From: Tetramitus jugosus
Lineage: Eukaryota; Protista; Heterolobosea
Assembly (NCBI GenBank): GCA_937625935.1
Contig: OW569359.1
Coordinates: forward strand, 248,001 to 312,000
Direction of reading: 5' to 3'
DNA length: 64,000 bases
Under the pieces are notes generated by a model. That model ran no database searches, was not told the origin of the DNA, and saw nothing but the letters and a program-made list of their open reading frames with translations. Positions 9,834 to 20,674 of this stretch are shown one piece after another; the stretch's first letter is position 1; each line of letters opens with the position of its first letter. A program made the position numbers and the translations under genes.

Positions 9834-11672
9834 TTACAGGAACGAATCGATTACTTCCTGAGCGGCCCTCCTTCCTGATTGAACGGCTCCATCCATGTAA
9901 CCCATCCATTCTGTTGCTGTCTCCGTTCCAGCAAAGTACATTTGTCCAATTGGTTTTCGGAGTGCTAGGCCGCAACCGGTCAGTGTTCCAGGTGGAGCAA
10001 CAGCCATGTAACATCCTCTGTTGAATTCCTCCTGAGTCCAATCCTTTTCGACATAGTTGGTCACTCTCTCCTCCACATACTCGACCGAAACTCCGAACAT
10101 GGTGGCTATTTGATGAATGATGGCATCTCTCCTCTGTTCCATGCTCTTCTGACCCCAGTACTTGCAATCTCGAGCTAGAATGAAACCGACGATACCTGGG
10201 TGCTGTGTAACATCATAACCTGCTTTCACAGGGAAATGATCTTGTAGTCGTGTGGAGTTGGCAAAGAACCCTGAATAGCCCAGTTCTCTCCACCAGAAAC
10301 TGTTGAATAGAACATTGATTTTGATGACTGAACCCATGGGCATTCTCTGACACAAGTGATCTCTCAATCCAGGCAATGGTGGGTCATAGTGTATTCTTGT
10401 GCTCATGGTGGGTGGAAGTGCCAAGATGATTCTGCTGCAAGTATACACTGTACCGTCTCTGGTTCTCACATGAATGCGCTGCTTTTGATTCTTTTTCAGT
10501 TTGTTCTTACTGGCCATCATATTCGAATCACAATGCTGGAGATAGTAGTTGCAAATGTCGGTGACAGGACTGTTCAACTTGACTGTGCAGCTGTTGCTAC
10601 CATTCTGTAATCGTCGATAGAGTTCGAGAGACACAGATTGTGCACCGCCCTTGATCTTGATGTCCTGAGCACCATAGAGCAAATTGTCTATACCATCGGC
10701 ACACTTGACAACAAACAAGAAGAACAAGAAACTAATCTCACCGGGGTCTGCTGCAAACACTGCCTGCACTGGAATGGTGAACTGATCCTTGGCCTCCTGT
10801 GTCCAGAATCTCTGATTCATGTAACTGGCAACTGTCATTGAATCATCGATATGTGCATTCTGACTGTTCCACGGCTCATGGACATCAATCATCTTCATTC
10901 GCTTCTCAATGTCCCACACGGTCAACTGGATATCAACGAGTGACAACCACCAGTACAACACTCCAATAATGAAACTCAAGAATTGCATGATGAGTGAAGT
11001 TGAAGTGCGGGACTGGTTGTATGTCGTTCGTAGTTTGGCATCTTGTTCTTCGGTGACTCTGGACAATTCCTTTGTCTCAATGATCATATTGCCAGTGTAC
11101 GTGGGAACAATGCCCGTGAACTTGGAACAGATGAATGTTTCATGAGGCTCATGGTAGTACGACTGATACAATGAAGAATGATGAATCTTGTGATTGGAGT
11201 CTTCTTTGTTCTTTTGTTTGTTATTGGTGTTGTTCTTGTTCTTGTTGTACACTCCGGATAACAAGACAGAGTGGCCCTCAGTGTGCTGCTGATACGTATC
11301 AATCTCCAACTCATTGAGCAGAGATTTAATGTTGAATTGAGTGGGAGCTACCCATTGACCACCCACATCTACATCCAACATCTTATCTTGATTCTCTATG
11401 TGAAGTGTATGTGTTCTTCCACCTACGCGATTCTGTGCTTCGAGCACCAATACTCGACGATTGACCTTGGAGAGCTCATAGGCAGCTGTCAGTCCAGAAA
11501 TACCACCGCCAACAACAATCACATCATAGTGAGATGGTGGTGAAACATCTGAGGAAGTGGAACAATTGTTGGATTCAGTTGTCAATATAATTGGCTGACT
11601 GTTGCTATCATGATGAACTAGATGCGGATTTTTGAATCGATTATGATTGATTCTAGTGTTACCACTAATCAT
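9834..11672 (-). CDS. Flavin monoamine oxidase family (MAO-like) amine oxidase
   Basis: VVGGGISGLTAA..VLEAQNRVGGR FAD-binding fold, DVGGQWV, MPMGSVIK, EEFNRGCY and FAGTETATEWMGYMDGAVQSG. Confidence 0.93.
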   Translation of the reverse strand: MISGNTRINHNRFKNPHLVHHDSNSQPIILTTESNNCSTSSDVSPPSHYDVIVVGGGISGLTAAYELSKVNRRVLVLEAQNRVGGRTHTLHIENQDKMLDVDVGGQWVAPTQFNIKSLLNELEIDTYQQHTEGHSVLLSGVYNKNKNNTNNKQKNKEDSNHKIHHSSLYQSYYHEPHETFICSKFTGIVPTYTGNMIIETKELSRVTEEQDAKLRTTYNQSRTSTSLIMQFLSFIIGVLYWWLSLVDIQLTVWDIEKRMKMIDVHEPWNSQNAHIDDSMTVASYMNQRFWTQEAKDQFTIPVQAVFAADPGEISFLFFLFVVKCADGIDNLLYGAQDIKIKGGAQSVSLELYRRLQNGSNSCTVKLNSPVTDICNYYLQHCDSNMMASKNKLKKNQKQRIHVRTRDGTVYTCSRIILALPPTMSTRIHYDPPLPGLRDHLCQRMPMGSVIKINVLFNSFWWRELGYSGFFANSTRLQDHFPVKAGYDVTQHPGIVGFILARDCKYWGQKSMEQRRDAIIHQIATMFGVSVEYVEERVTNYVEKDWTQEEFNRGCYMAVAPPGTLTGCGLALRKPIGQMYFAGTETATEWMGYMDGAVQSGRRAAQEVIDSFL

Positions 11673-11846
11673 TTTAGATTTTATTCTTTAGCTATTGATG
11701 TGTATGTGTTTCTTCTGTGATGTCATCCAACTAAGTAAGCAATAGACCACTTAAATACTGACGCCGCGAGTTGACCACAAGACAAAAAAAGGAATGCGCG
11801 AAAAAGGATTGTCGCGTTGTGTTTTTGCACCACCCCATAATCATAT

Positions 11847-14378
11847 TTAGACATCATAGTCCTCTGCTGATCGCACATCTGCATTATCACTGAAATAGGA
11901 GGCCATCCTTGACAGGAAGGAGTCTGTTCTTAAAGTAGTCGTATCACAGACAACACACACATGTCTCTTGGCTCTTGTGATGGCCACATTGGTTCTTCGT
12001 TCATCGGCCAAGAAGCCCACTTCTCCATTACTGTTCGAACGCACCATACTAATGATGACACATTCGTTCTCACGACCCTGGAATCCATCTACGGTGTTCA
12101 CTTCAATAAATGGATGTTCATCTCTCAGTGCATCCCTCAGTGCAATGACTTGAGCCATGTAGGGAGATATGATGGATATTTGATAGTCCTTGACACCGGC
12201 ATCGGACAATGCCTTGACATGATGCTTCACCAGTGATACTTCGTGCATGTTGTAGGATGACTCGCCCTGTTCAATCGAAGACTCCTCCATACCGCAACCA
12301 CCAGTATCAATCATGAACAGAGGACTGCTCGTCTCATCAGTCTCCTCCACCTTTTCATGAGTCAATAATGATGAGGATGAAGAAACAGAAGCAAATGCAT
12401 CCAAAGAAGAAGTGTTCAATGGCATGTCACACAACAAGTGCTCAGCAATCTCATCTGTTCCCGCCTTCAATTGACCCTTGTAGAACTCTTGACTACTCCA
12501 TTGCATAATGTCCTGATGCATGCGATACTGTGTTGTGAGCATGCGAGTCAACTTGCTCCCATAGTATTGATACAGTCTCTCAAACAATGTGACTCCCAGT
12601 CCACATGACTGTGCTTCCGTGCTGAGAATAGTTGGTGGCAACTGGAATGGATCACCTGCTAGAATGGCTCTCTTGCCCTTGAGAAGAGCAATCCAATTGG
12701 CAATCTCGACGCTCTGAGCAGCCTCATCCACAATCACCAAATCAAACTCTACATTTGATTTGAACAGTTGATAATCATCGGCACCAGTCAACGTGCACAG
12801 AATGACCTGTGCATGTCTCAACTCTTCCTGAATCAACAATTTTTCTCTCTTTTTGAGATCTTTGCGCAACATTTTCAACTGACCGACCAACTCTTTTCTA
12901 CTAGTCGTCGTCGTCGTCGTCGTCGTTGTTGCCGTATTACTACCACTACTATTGCTATTGTTACGCCTTGGTCTCTTCAATGACCTCAGTACATCTTGAA
13001 TCTCTGCTCTCATCTCTCTCACAATCTTTGCACTATCACCATGAGAGATGACATAGTCCAATGACTCTCTTGTCACATCATCGTGTAATCGTGCTGGATG
13101 ACCCATTCGAATCATTCGAACCTTATTCTTGAGTTTGTTGTTGTTTCGACTGGCACGTGACAATCGAGTCACTAGATTGTCGACTGCAGTGTTGGATGGG
13201 GCACACACGAGCACCTTGTATCTGTGAACACTGACTGCCTGTTGTATAATTTCAATCAGAGTTGTTGTCTTGCCTGTTTGTATATATAAATGTGTTTGTG
13301 TGTGAGTATGTGTGTGTGTGTGTGTGTGAGTAGGAGAGTGTCCATCTGATATATATCAGCAGTTCATCAAATTGATGATGAAAAACAATCATAAATAAAT
13401 GCATGCATCCATACCTGTTCCTGGAGGACCTAGTATACAACAAATGGGACTCTGACATTGGTAGAGTGACCATTGAACAACATCTTTTTGTTCTTGATTC
13501 AAATCTTGATTCATATAGTGTTCAATCATGCCTTGTTTCTCTCTTGTTTCACTATCATTACTAGTACTACTACTATTACTACTACTACTATTCTTACTGT
13601 TGTTATTGTTATTATTATCATCAACATCATCATCATCTTGGTCATTCATGGGAGTGAAACATGTGTGAACAATGGGATGATTGTAGAATTGAGGTAGTTT
13701 TTGATTCAGTGTAAATGTGTATCTCTTGTGAGTGACATCATCAGGCACTCGAATCAATTGCAGCTTGGATGATTCCCACCACTCTTCTATAAAATCATCC
13801 ATGATGGCACTGTTGATGACACCACCACTATCTGTTGTTGTTGTTGTTGTTGTTACAGTATTGCTTCTTGTATTGCTACTACTATTACTACTATTACTAT
13901 TACTATTACTACTATGAGATGAACTGTCATAGGTCATGGTGTTATTGGTAGTGATTCCATTGATTGCTTTACCAATGATTGGATTGTCTTTGGATGCACC
14001 CATTCGGATTTGAATCGATTGTCCACTCTTCATTGAATAGAGAGATGAGGATGATGAATTGGATGATGATGAGTCACTTGCTTTGAATTTGAATTGAACC
14101 ATGTATTTGCCATTGAGAGTCGATTGGACATTGACAATCTCAATCCACTTCATTCTTGTATCATTCAGTGCTTCTTCCTCCTCTGCTGATTTCTCTAATT
14201 GTAGCATGTGATTGGTCTCTGTGATGAATTGATCCAATGTGTGATACCATTTTTTCTTGAGTGCACTATTCGCTGCATTGTTCTTGCTCGAAGAAGTCTT
14301 CTTTTTGTTGTTTGAAGGCTTCTTCTTGTTGTTGTTGTTGTTGTTGTTTGTTGCTGAGCCCTTTGTTGGTTTTGCCAT
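11847..14378 (-). CDS. IGHMBP2: Upf1-like SF1 helicase, IGHMBP2/Hcs1 type; 2 exons
   Basis: Intron 13274-13414 restores GPPGTG|KTTT. CAPSNTAVDNL, RMGHPARL, DEAAQ, AGDPFQLPPT, QYRMH, TVDGFQGRE and NVAITRAK motifs. No C-terminal R3H/AN1 domain. Confidence 0.9.
13292..13328. repeat. Imperfect (TG/CA)n microsatellite in the helicase intron
   Basis: gtgtttgtgtgtgagtatgtgtgtgtgtgtgtgtgtg seen directly. Confidence 0.8.
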
Positions 14379-14628
14379 CACTTGATCTCTCTACTTTCTC
14401 TTTGCTTTGATTGTGTTGTTCTGTTGTTCTTGTTTTTGATTTCTTTTTGTATTCTTCTTCGGGTCTGAACCGGACTATTTTTCTCTTTTTGAATATTCAA
14501 TCATGGCAATGATTGTTCAAGAAATTTTTGCAACACGAAAGAAAACCAATTCACACGGAGAAAACCCCAAACGAAAAAGTGAATACACCACCACCAGCAC
14601 ACATTCCAAACAATAACAACAAACAACA

Positions 14629-17038
14629 ATGGGCAAGAGGAGAGGACCAACAGAAAAGAAGAGTAAGCATGACCAAAAGCTTGAGAGAATCAACAGAGAA
14701 CAATTAACCAAAAACAGCAACAAAAACAACAAGGATGAACAAGTGATTGATGGAGAGTCATTTGATTCAGGTGTTGAGAAGGCATACAAGAAGCATACCT
14801 CTCAATTGTCTAAAGTTGCTGGAAACAAGGGTATGTGTGTGACTCGCATTTCTTGTTTATTTTGTATGATATAATAATTGTTTAACTAACAAGACATGCT
14901 GTGTTGTGATAGATTATGATTCTGATGAGGACTTGATTCAACCATTGATACCTACTCACAGTGATGATGATGAAGATGAAGATGTTGAAAATGAGAGTGA
15001 TGATGAGATTCAAATGATTCCACAAAAGAAGAAGACAATGAACACTGATCAGGATGATGATGAAAGTGATGATGATGATGATGAGAGCAGTGATGATGAT
15101 GAAGATGCAAAGGAATCCATTGGTAAAGTATCATCGAATCAATGGAAAAAGTCTGATTATTATCAACAACAGAAACAACAACAACAGCAACAACAAAACA
15201 ATAAGAAGAAGAGTAACAACAGTCAATATGATGAGAGACAAGAACAATATGAACAAGATGAAGAAGCAGAAGTATTAGAAATACAAAAGAAGAGAGCATC
15301 TAGACTCAACAATCAATACGTTCTGGATGATTTACTCTTGTCTACAACTGATTCTCAAAACAAGAAGAATAAGAAGCAAAAGACTGATGAGAGTGATAAT
15401 GAACAAGAAGATGCAGATGAAGAACAACAACAACAAATGAACAAGAATCAAAAAATGAAATTAATCATGAAAGAATCACCTGAATTGATTCAATTGTTTA
15501 CTGAATTGAAGGATCGATTACAAGTGGTGAGAGATCAAATACATCCAATCTTGTCAAAGGTTGAATCTCAAGAGTATGCCACGAGAGATGGATTGAGTTA
15601 TTTGGAAACAAAGTTACACTTGTTGCTCAGTTATTGCACTCATATTCTCTATTATATGCTATTGAAGACATCTGGTAAATCAGTGAGAGATCATCCAGTG
15701 ATTGAAAAGTTGGTTGAAATGCGATTGTATTTGGAGAAGATGAAACCAATTGATGATCGAATGAAATCACAAATTGCCAAATTGATTTCACTCGTCAATG
15801 ATGCTGTTCCTATTCCATCTACTACTACCACGACTACTACCACGACTACTGCTACCAAGTCGTCTTCTTCATCCTCTTCTGCTCACAAGCCAAGACCAGG
15901 TCAATTGGTTGGTGAGAAGGATGGTGTTGATGATGATGAATCAAGCACTGATGATGAACATGTGGAAGAATCTGATGATGATGATGATGAGATGATGGCT
16001 GATGATTTTGATTTCAATGGTGGTGAAAATGGTGGTGGTGATGGTGATGATGAATCAGATGATGATGATGAAACCAATGTGTACACTGCTCCAAAGCTCA
16101 TGCCTGTTGCCTATGACAATGCCTCTGTCAAGAAGGCAAAGAGTGACATGAAGCGATTGGAGAAGAAGATTCGCAACTCTGAAATGATCAAGGCATTCAA
16201 GGCTGAGATGGGTGATGAACCAGAGGAAATGACCAACATTGGCTCCGAAATCAAACAATCATCACTGCTCAAGGACAGAGAAGACTATGAGACAGAGACA
16301 TTCACTCGTCGCAACCTCACAAAGAAGGAGAAGAGAAAGTTGAGAGATGAACAGGACAGAACAGTGGACGAGTTGAGAAATTTGGAATCATTCACTGATA
16401 TTCAAGCACTGGAAAAGTACTCCAAGGCAAAGAACACGACAAACACCAAGGTTACACTGGCTCAGTACATGGGTGATGCAGACAAGGCAGAAGAAGACTT
16501 GAGCAAGATGAATGGTGAAGGAAGTGATGATGACAATGATGTGGATAATCAATTGGATGAAGATGAACAATTCTTGCGTGCCTCCGGTGTTATTACAGAG
16601 TACTCGGACAGTGATTTTGATGAGGAGGAGGAAGAAGACGAGGAAGAAGACGAAGAAGCACCTGTTGTCAAGAGCAAGAATAGCAACAACAACAACAACA
16701 AGGTTGGTGACAAGAGAAAGAGAATAGAATCATCATCAATGAACAATAATAACAAGAAAAAGAAGAGAAGCACCATTAGAGATGAAGAAGATGCCATGTT
16801 GGAATCAGAGTACTCTGGTACTGGCAAGAGAGCTGCCACAAAGGAAATTGTGGAGAACAAGGGCCTAGTCTCACGGAAAAAGAAGGACTACAAGAATCCT
16901 CGTGTGAAGCACAAGATGAGATTTGCAAACAAGGCAGGATCCATGCTCAAGATGCAAAAGGTGCAAAAGGGTGGTCAAACTGGTTCAGTCAAATCCGTGA
17001 ACAAGTCTGTTGTGAGAAGCAAGAAATTAAGAGCATAA
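14629..17038 (+). CDS. UTP3: SSU processome Sas10/Utp3-family protein that also carries Lcp5/neuroguidin-type motifs; 2 exons
   Basis: Intron 14831-14912. KESPELIQL, Sas10/C1D domain GLSYLETKLHLLLSY..HPVIEKLVEMR, and Sas10 C-terminal KRAATKEIVENKGL..KNPRVKHK. Confidence 0.88.
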
Positions 17039-17239
17039 ACTCAACCAAACTCTCTAAATACAATCCCATTATTTTTTCCTTTCCAAGATTATTCAATTGA
17101 AACCAAAGACACGCATCAATTCGGATGCTTCGTTCATGGCCTTCTCAAACTGCATCAGTCAGAACGGTGCGCGGGAGGAAAAAAAGCGAATCATCACATG
17201 GAAAAATAAGAAAGCGTCATTACTTTTTTTTTACTATTT

Positions 17240-17330
17240 ATATTGTTATGGGTGTTGTTATGTGGTTATTGTTATTGTTGTTGTTGTTGTTGTTGTTTGT
17301 TTGTTCTGATATGTGTGTGTGTGTGTGGGA
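17240..17330. repeat. (TTG)n and (TG)n microsatellite tract between convergent genes
   Basis: Seen directly; probably part of the 3' UTR of the 17581-18318 gene. Confidence 0.75.
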
Positions 17331-17580
17331 ATGAGAGAGGTCATATGGAATGCGAGTGTGTTTCGGAGTGTGTGGCATTGTTGTGGGAGGAGATCCAAGT
17401 GGAGAAAGGCAGAGAGGCAAGCAGAGATGAACAGGGCAAATTCAGCAGAGATGACAATACTATCATCATGCCTACGATTGCTTGTTGTACAATGACGGCT
17501 GCGACTACTGCTGTATCGTATGTGTGTGTATCGTGTGTGTCTGTCAAATCAAATCATCAAATAATGGTGAATGATGATGA

Positions 17581-18318
17581 TTATACCTTGAGATGCAGAC
17601 CGCTGATGACACAGTCGTTGAACGCATCGTTCAAGAATTGTTCACTCTCCTTTTGCCACTCTTCGTCCATGGTACACTTGGAATAATCCGTGTTCAACAA
17701 TCCTACGCACACACTGCTCACATGATTCACTTCTACACTGTCAAACACAATCTCCAACTTCCACTCGAATTGAAACAGGTTGATCAGTGTGGATTTGTCA
17801 TCGGAGAATCGATACACTTGTTCTTTCCTTCGCTGTATGACAACTGGGTTTTGGCCATTGGTTTTGAATTCGAGGTACCAGTGACTGGGTCTTGGATCCT
17901 TGAACTCCAATCGTTCCTTTAGTCCTTGTCTCACGTGATACAGCGTAGCAATCACTGTGGATTGATTGCACATTTTGAGTACTTTGAGCACTCGGTGATC
18001 ACGACCATAGAATTGCAACAGGTATTGATTCAGTGTCTCATGAATGTTCATGTTGACCACCTTTTCAAAATTCTCTTCTGTAGCCTCTGGGTTCTCATTG
18101 TTCAACAGTGTCGATATCTTGGTAATGAGTTGGTACATGACTGTTTCAATCTTGTCTTTGGCAAGGTCCGCACAAAAGGGAACCATCTCTGTTCCATTGT
18201 ACAGGGAGAATTTTCTAGCGAGTCTGGGAAGGTCTCTCGACACGGGCAAGTCTTCAATATTCTTGGCACACACAGTCTCTAGATCATGTGCCACTTTATC
18301 AATCTCAATTTTTACCAT
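17581..18318 (-). CDS. Conserved protist protein, possibly a stand-alone GflB C-terminal-like domain
   Basis: Clean 245-aa ATG ORF with a CAA-rich leader. KVLKMCNQS..FKDPR..W..VVIQRRKEQ..FQFEWKLEIVFD resembles the recalled amoebozoan GflB C-terminal domain. Confidence 0.55.
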   Translation of the reverse strand: MVKIEIDKVAHDLETVCAKNIEDLPVSRDLPRLARKFSLYNGTEMVPFCADLAKDKIETVMYQLITKISTLLNNENPEATEENFEKVVNMNIHETLNQYLLQFYGRDHRVLKVLKMCNQSTVIATLYHVRQGLKERLEFKDPRPSHWYLEFKTNGQNPVVIQRRKEQVYRFSDDKSTLINLFQFEWKLEIVFDSVEVNHVSSVCVGLLNTDYSKCTMDEEWQKESEQFLNDAFNDCVISGLHLKV

Positions 18319-19154
18319 TTTTGTTGTTGTTGTATTATTTGTTGTTGTTGTTGTGTTAAGTGAGTTGTTGTTGTTGTTGTTGTTGTATAATGTGATGATG
18401 ATGATTCGTTATTATAATTCTGAGTGACGATAATGATGATGATGATTACGACTACTATAGTTGTCTATACATGTAATGTGGTGTGTTGCGCAAACGTCTG
18501 TTATATGTTGTTGTCGTTCCAATCGCAATTGTTGTTGTTGAACTGTTTTGATATTTGATGACACCACCAGTTGCTGTTGCTATTGCTTGTTTGTTGGTGA
18601 GAGTGTGGTGACAATATGGGACAGAGGGGAACAATCAAGGATGATTCGTTTTTGTTGTCTCTCTCGTTATTGTTGTTTGTTGTTTGTTGCTGTTGAGAGC
18701 GTGTCCTTTTTGTAATAGAAAGACAGAGAAAACTGAGTGGGTGTGATGAGAGGTGATTTGTGTGTTGTTTTTCGTTGTGTGTAACGTTTTTTTTCTTTTT
18801 GTCTCCTGTGTGGGGGGCAGATGCTCTGTGTGTGTTGTTGGTCGTTGTGAGGTGGACAAGGAAGAGAAACACACGGAGGTTGGGTGGGTCAATCCGGTCA
18901 GTGTGGTGCGAACAAAACAGTTCAAAATCTGAGTGGCCAAACGGTTGTCACTTCCAGTCGGAGAAGGGCTTTTGACGTGCGACAGATGACAGGTTGACCA
19001 TCGGATTTATTGAAGCATGAAGTTGCAACGGATTTCTGGACCATAATAAAAATTTCACCGCCTTTGTCGCAGAAATGGGAGAAAGAAGTGGTTCAATCAT
19101 TTTCTCGACACAGCAACCACAAGAACAATTAATACACTCACACGACTGTCGCGA

Positions 19155-20621
19155 ATGAATCAATCCATATTACCGCCTCAATACCCTTCTCTATTTCTTC
19201 ACAGTGCCATCTCACCTCATCCATCTACCACCTCCATCCACAACAACATCAACAACAACAACAATTACAGTGGCCATGATATGATGAATGATCAGCAGCA
19301 GCAGCAGCAGAATGTCGAGTACATTTATGGTATATGCAGTGATGAACAAGAGACAAAGATTGCCATTCAATCATCCAGTCCCGACATTAAACTATATGCA
19401 TTGAATCACAGTATGGCATTTCAGGGCACATTGAAGGGACATTCAGATCAAGTACACAGCATTGTCTACACACAACATTCAAATCACAATACGAGTGCTC
19501 ACTTGTTGGCTTCATGCTCCGAAGATGGAAGTGTCTGCTTGTTTGATACAAGAGTGTCCAACAGACCATCGCATCAAGTCATGATGAATATGGGACCACT
19601 GTACAGCATTGATATTCACAAGACAAATGCTCACATGTTGTGCGTCAGTGGAGAAACAACGATTCAATTGAGAGACATGAGAAGATTCAACAACAGTGGT
19701 GCATCTCCTGCTGCTTCTTCATCACTGCTGTACACACTGGATGATATTCATACCATGATGATTCGAAAGGTAAAGTTTGATTCGTCGACCAATCGTCTCT
19801 TCTCCAGTTCAGATGACGGTCTCGTTCACATGTATGATCTCAATGCACTGTCCAATAGCAGCAACAATATTGATCCAGAAGATACATTGTCTGGTGTAAT
19901 CAATGCAAACAATGGCGTTCATCAGTTTGGACTGTGTGGTGCTCAATCCAACATTATGTACACTGTGAATCACATGCATGAGTTGAATCTGTGGAGTATG
20001 GACACTATGAATCAGATTGCTACTGGTGTCAATCGATCTCATTTAGAATCTGTTTATCCATCTCATGTCGACGGTGGAGGTAGCAGTGTGAGTGATGATG
20101 ACAATATGATGATGATGATGATGCCTGGTGATGACATGGCTGTTGGAATGAGTCACAATTACTTGATTGATGCCAACTATTTTGCCAGCGCCGATTCCTT
20201 GTATGCCTATGTGGGCACCGCTCAGGGCACTGTTGTCATTTGCAAGATTGTGATCAACAATGGTGTGACGAGCTATGTGCCAATGGCTCAGTTGCAGAAT
20301 GGACATGTGGACAATACAGTTGTGAGATGCATGTGGGCATCCAAATCAGGTCAATTTGATCGTGTGATCACTGGTGGAGAAGATGGTAGAATCTGTGTGT
20401 GGTCAACCAAGGAAGCCACTACGCAGTCGACGTCGCCTGTACTCGACAAGCAACAACAACAACAAGACTTGATCAATGACAGTGCGCCATCGACCACTCC
20501 TTCAACCACTCCTTCTTCTCGCGTGCAGCAGCATTCTGCGAGACGGAACAATGGCAGAAATCCCTATGGAGGCTCTGGCAACAATCAACGAAAGAGAGGA
20601 GGTTTCAACAATAAAAGATAG
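19155..20621 (+). CDS. WDR89: WD40 repeat protein, WDR89-like
   Basis: GH..SCSEDGSVCLFDTR, LFSSSDDGLVHMYDL..EDTL, GH..VVRC, TGGEDGRICVW and a basic RxxPY-like tail. Confidence 0.75.
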   Translation: MNQSILPPQYPSLFLHSAISPHPSTTSIHNNINNNNNYSGHDMMNDQQQQQQNVEYIYGICSDEQETKIAIQSSSPDIKLYALNHSMAFQGTLKGHSDQVHSIVYTQHSNHNTSAHLLASCSEDGSVCLFDTRVSNRPSHQVMMNMGPLYSIDIHKTNAHMLCVSGETTIQLRDMRRFNNSGASPAASSSLLYTLDDIHTMMIRKVKFDSSTNRLFSSSDDGLVHMYDLNALSNSSNNIDPEDTLSGVINANNGVHQFGLCGAQSNIMYTVNHMHELNLWSMDTMNQIATGVNRSHLESVYPSHVDGGGSSVSDDDNMMMMMMPGDDMAVGMSHNYLIDANYFASADSLYAYVGTAQGTVVICKIVINNGVTSYVPMAQLQNGHVDNTVVRCMWASKSGQFDRVITGGEDGRICVWSTKEATTQSTSPVLDKQQQQQDLINDSAPSTTPSTTPSSRVQQHSARRNNGRNPYGGSGNNQRKRGGFNNKR

Positions 20622-20674
20622 AGCAGCAGCTCTAAACCATATGATCCACGCGTGTTGCTCGTAATGCAACCGTT

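Noticed and set aside
13820-13920. Tandem short repeats as a possible CRISPR or satellite array
   Set aside because: Simple trinucleotide slippage tracts encoding poly-S/N/T; no repeat-spacer structure.
18390-18450. ATGATGA/CTGA words as a C/D snoRNA
   Set aside because: Embedded in a (TGA)n microsatellite; spacing too short and no terminal stem.
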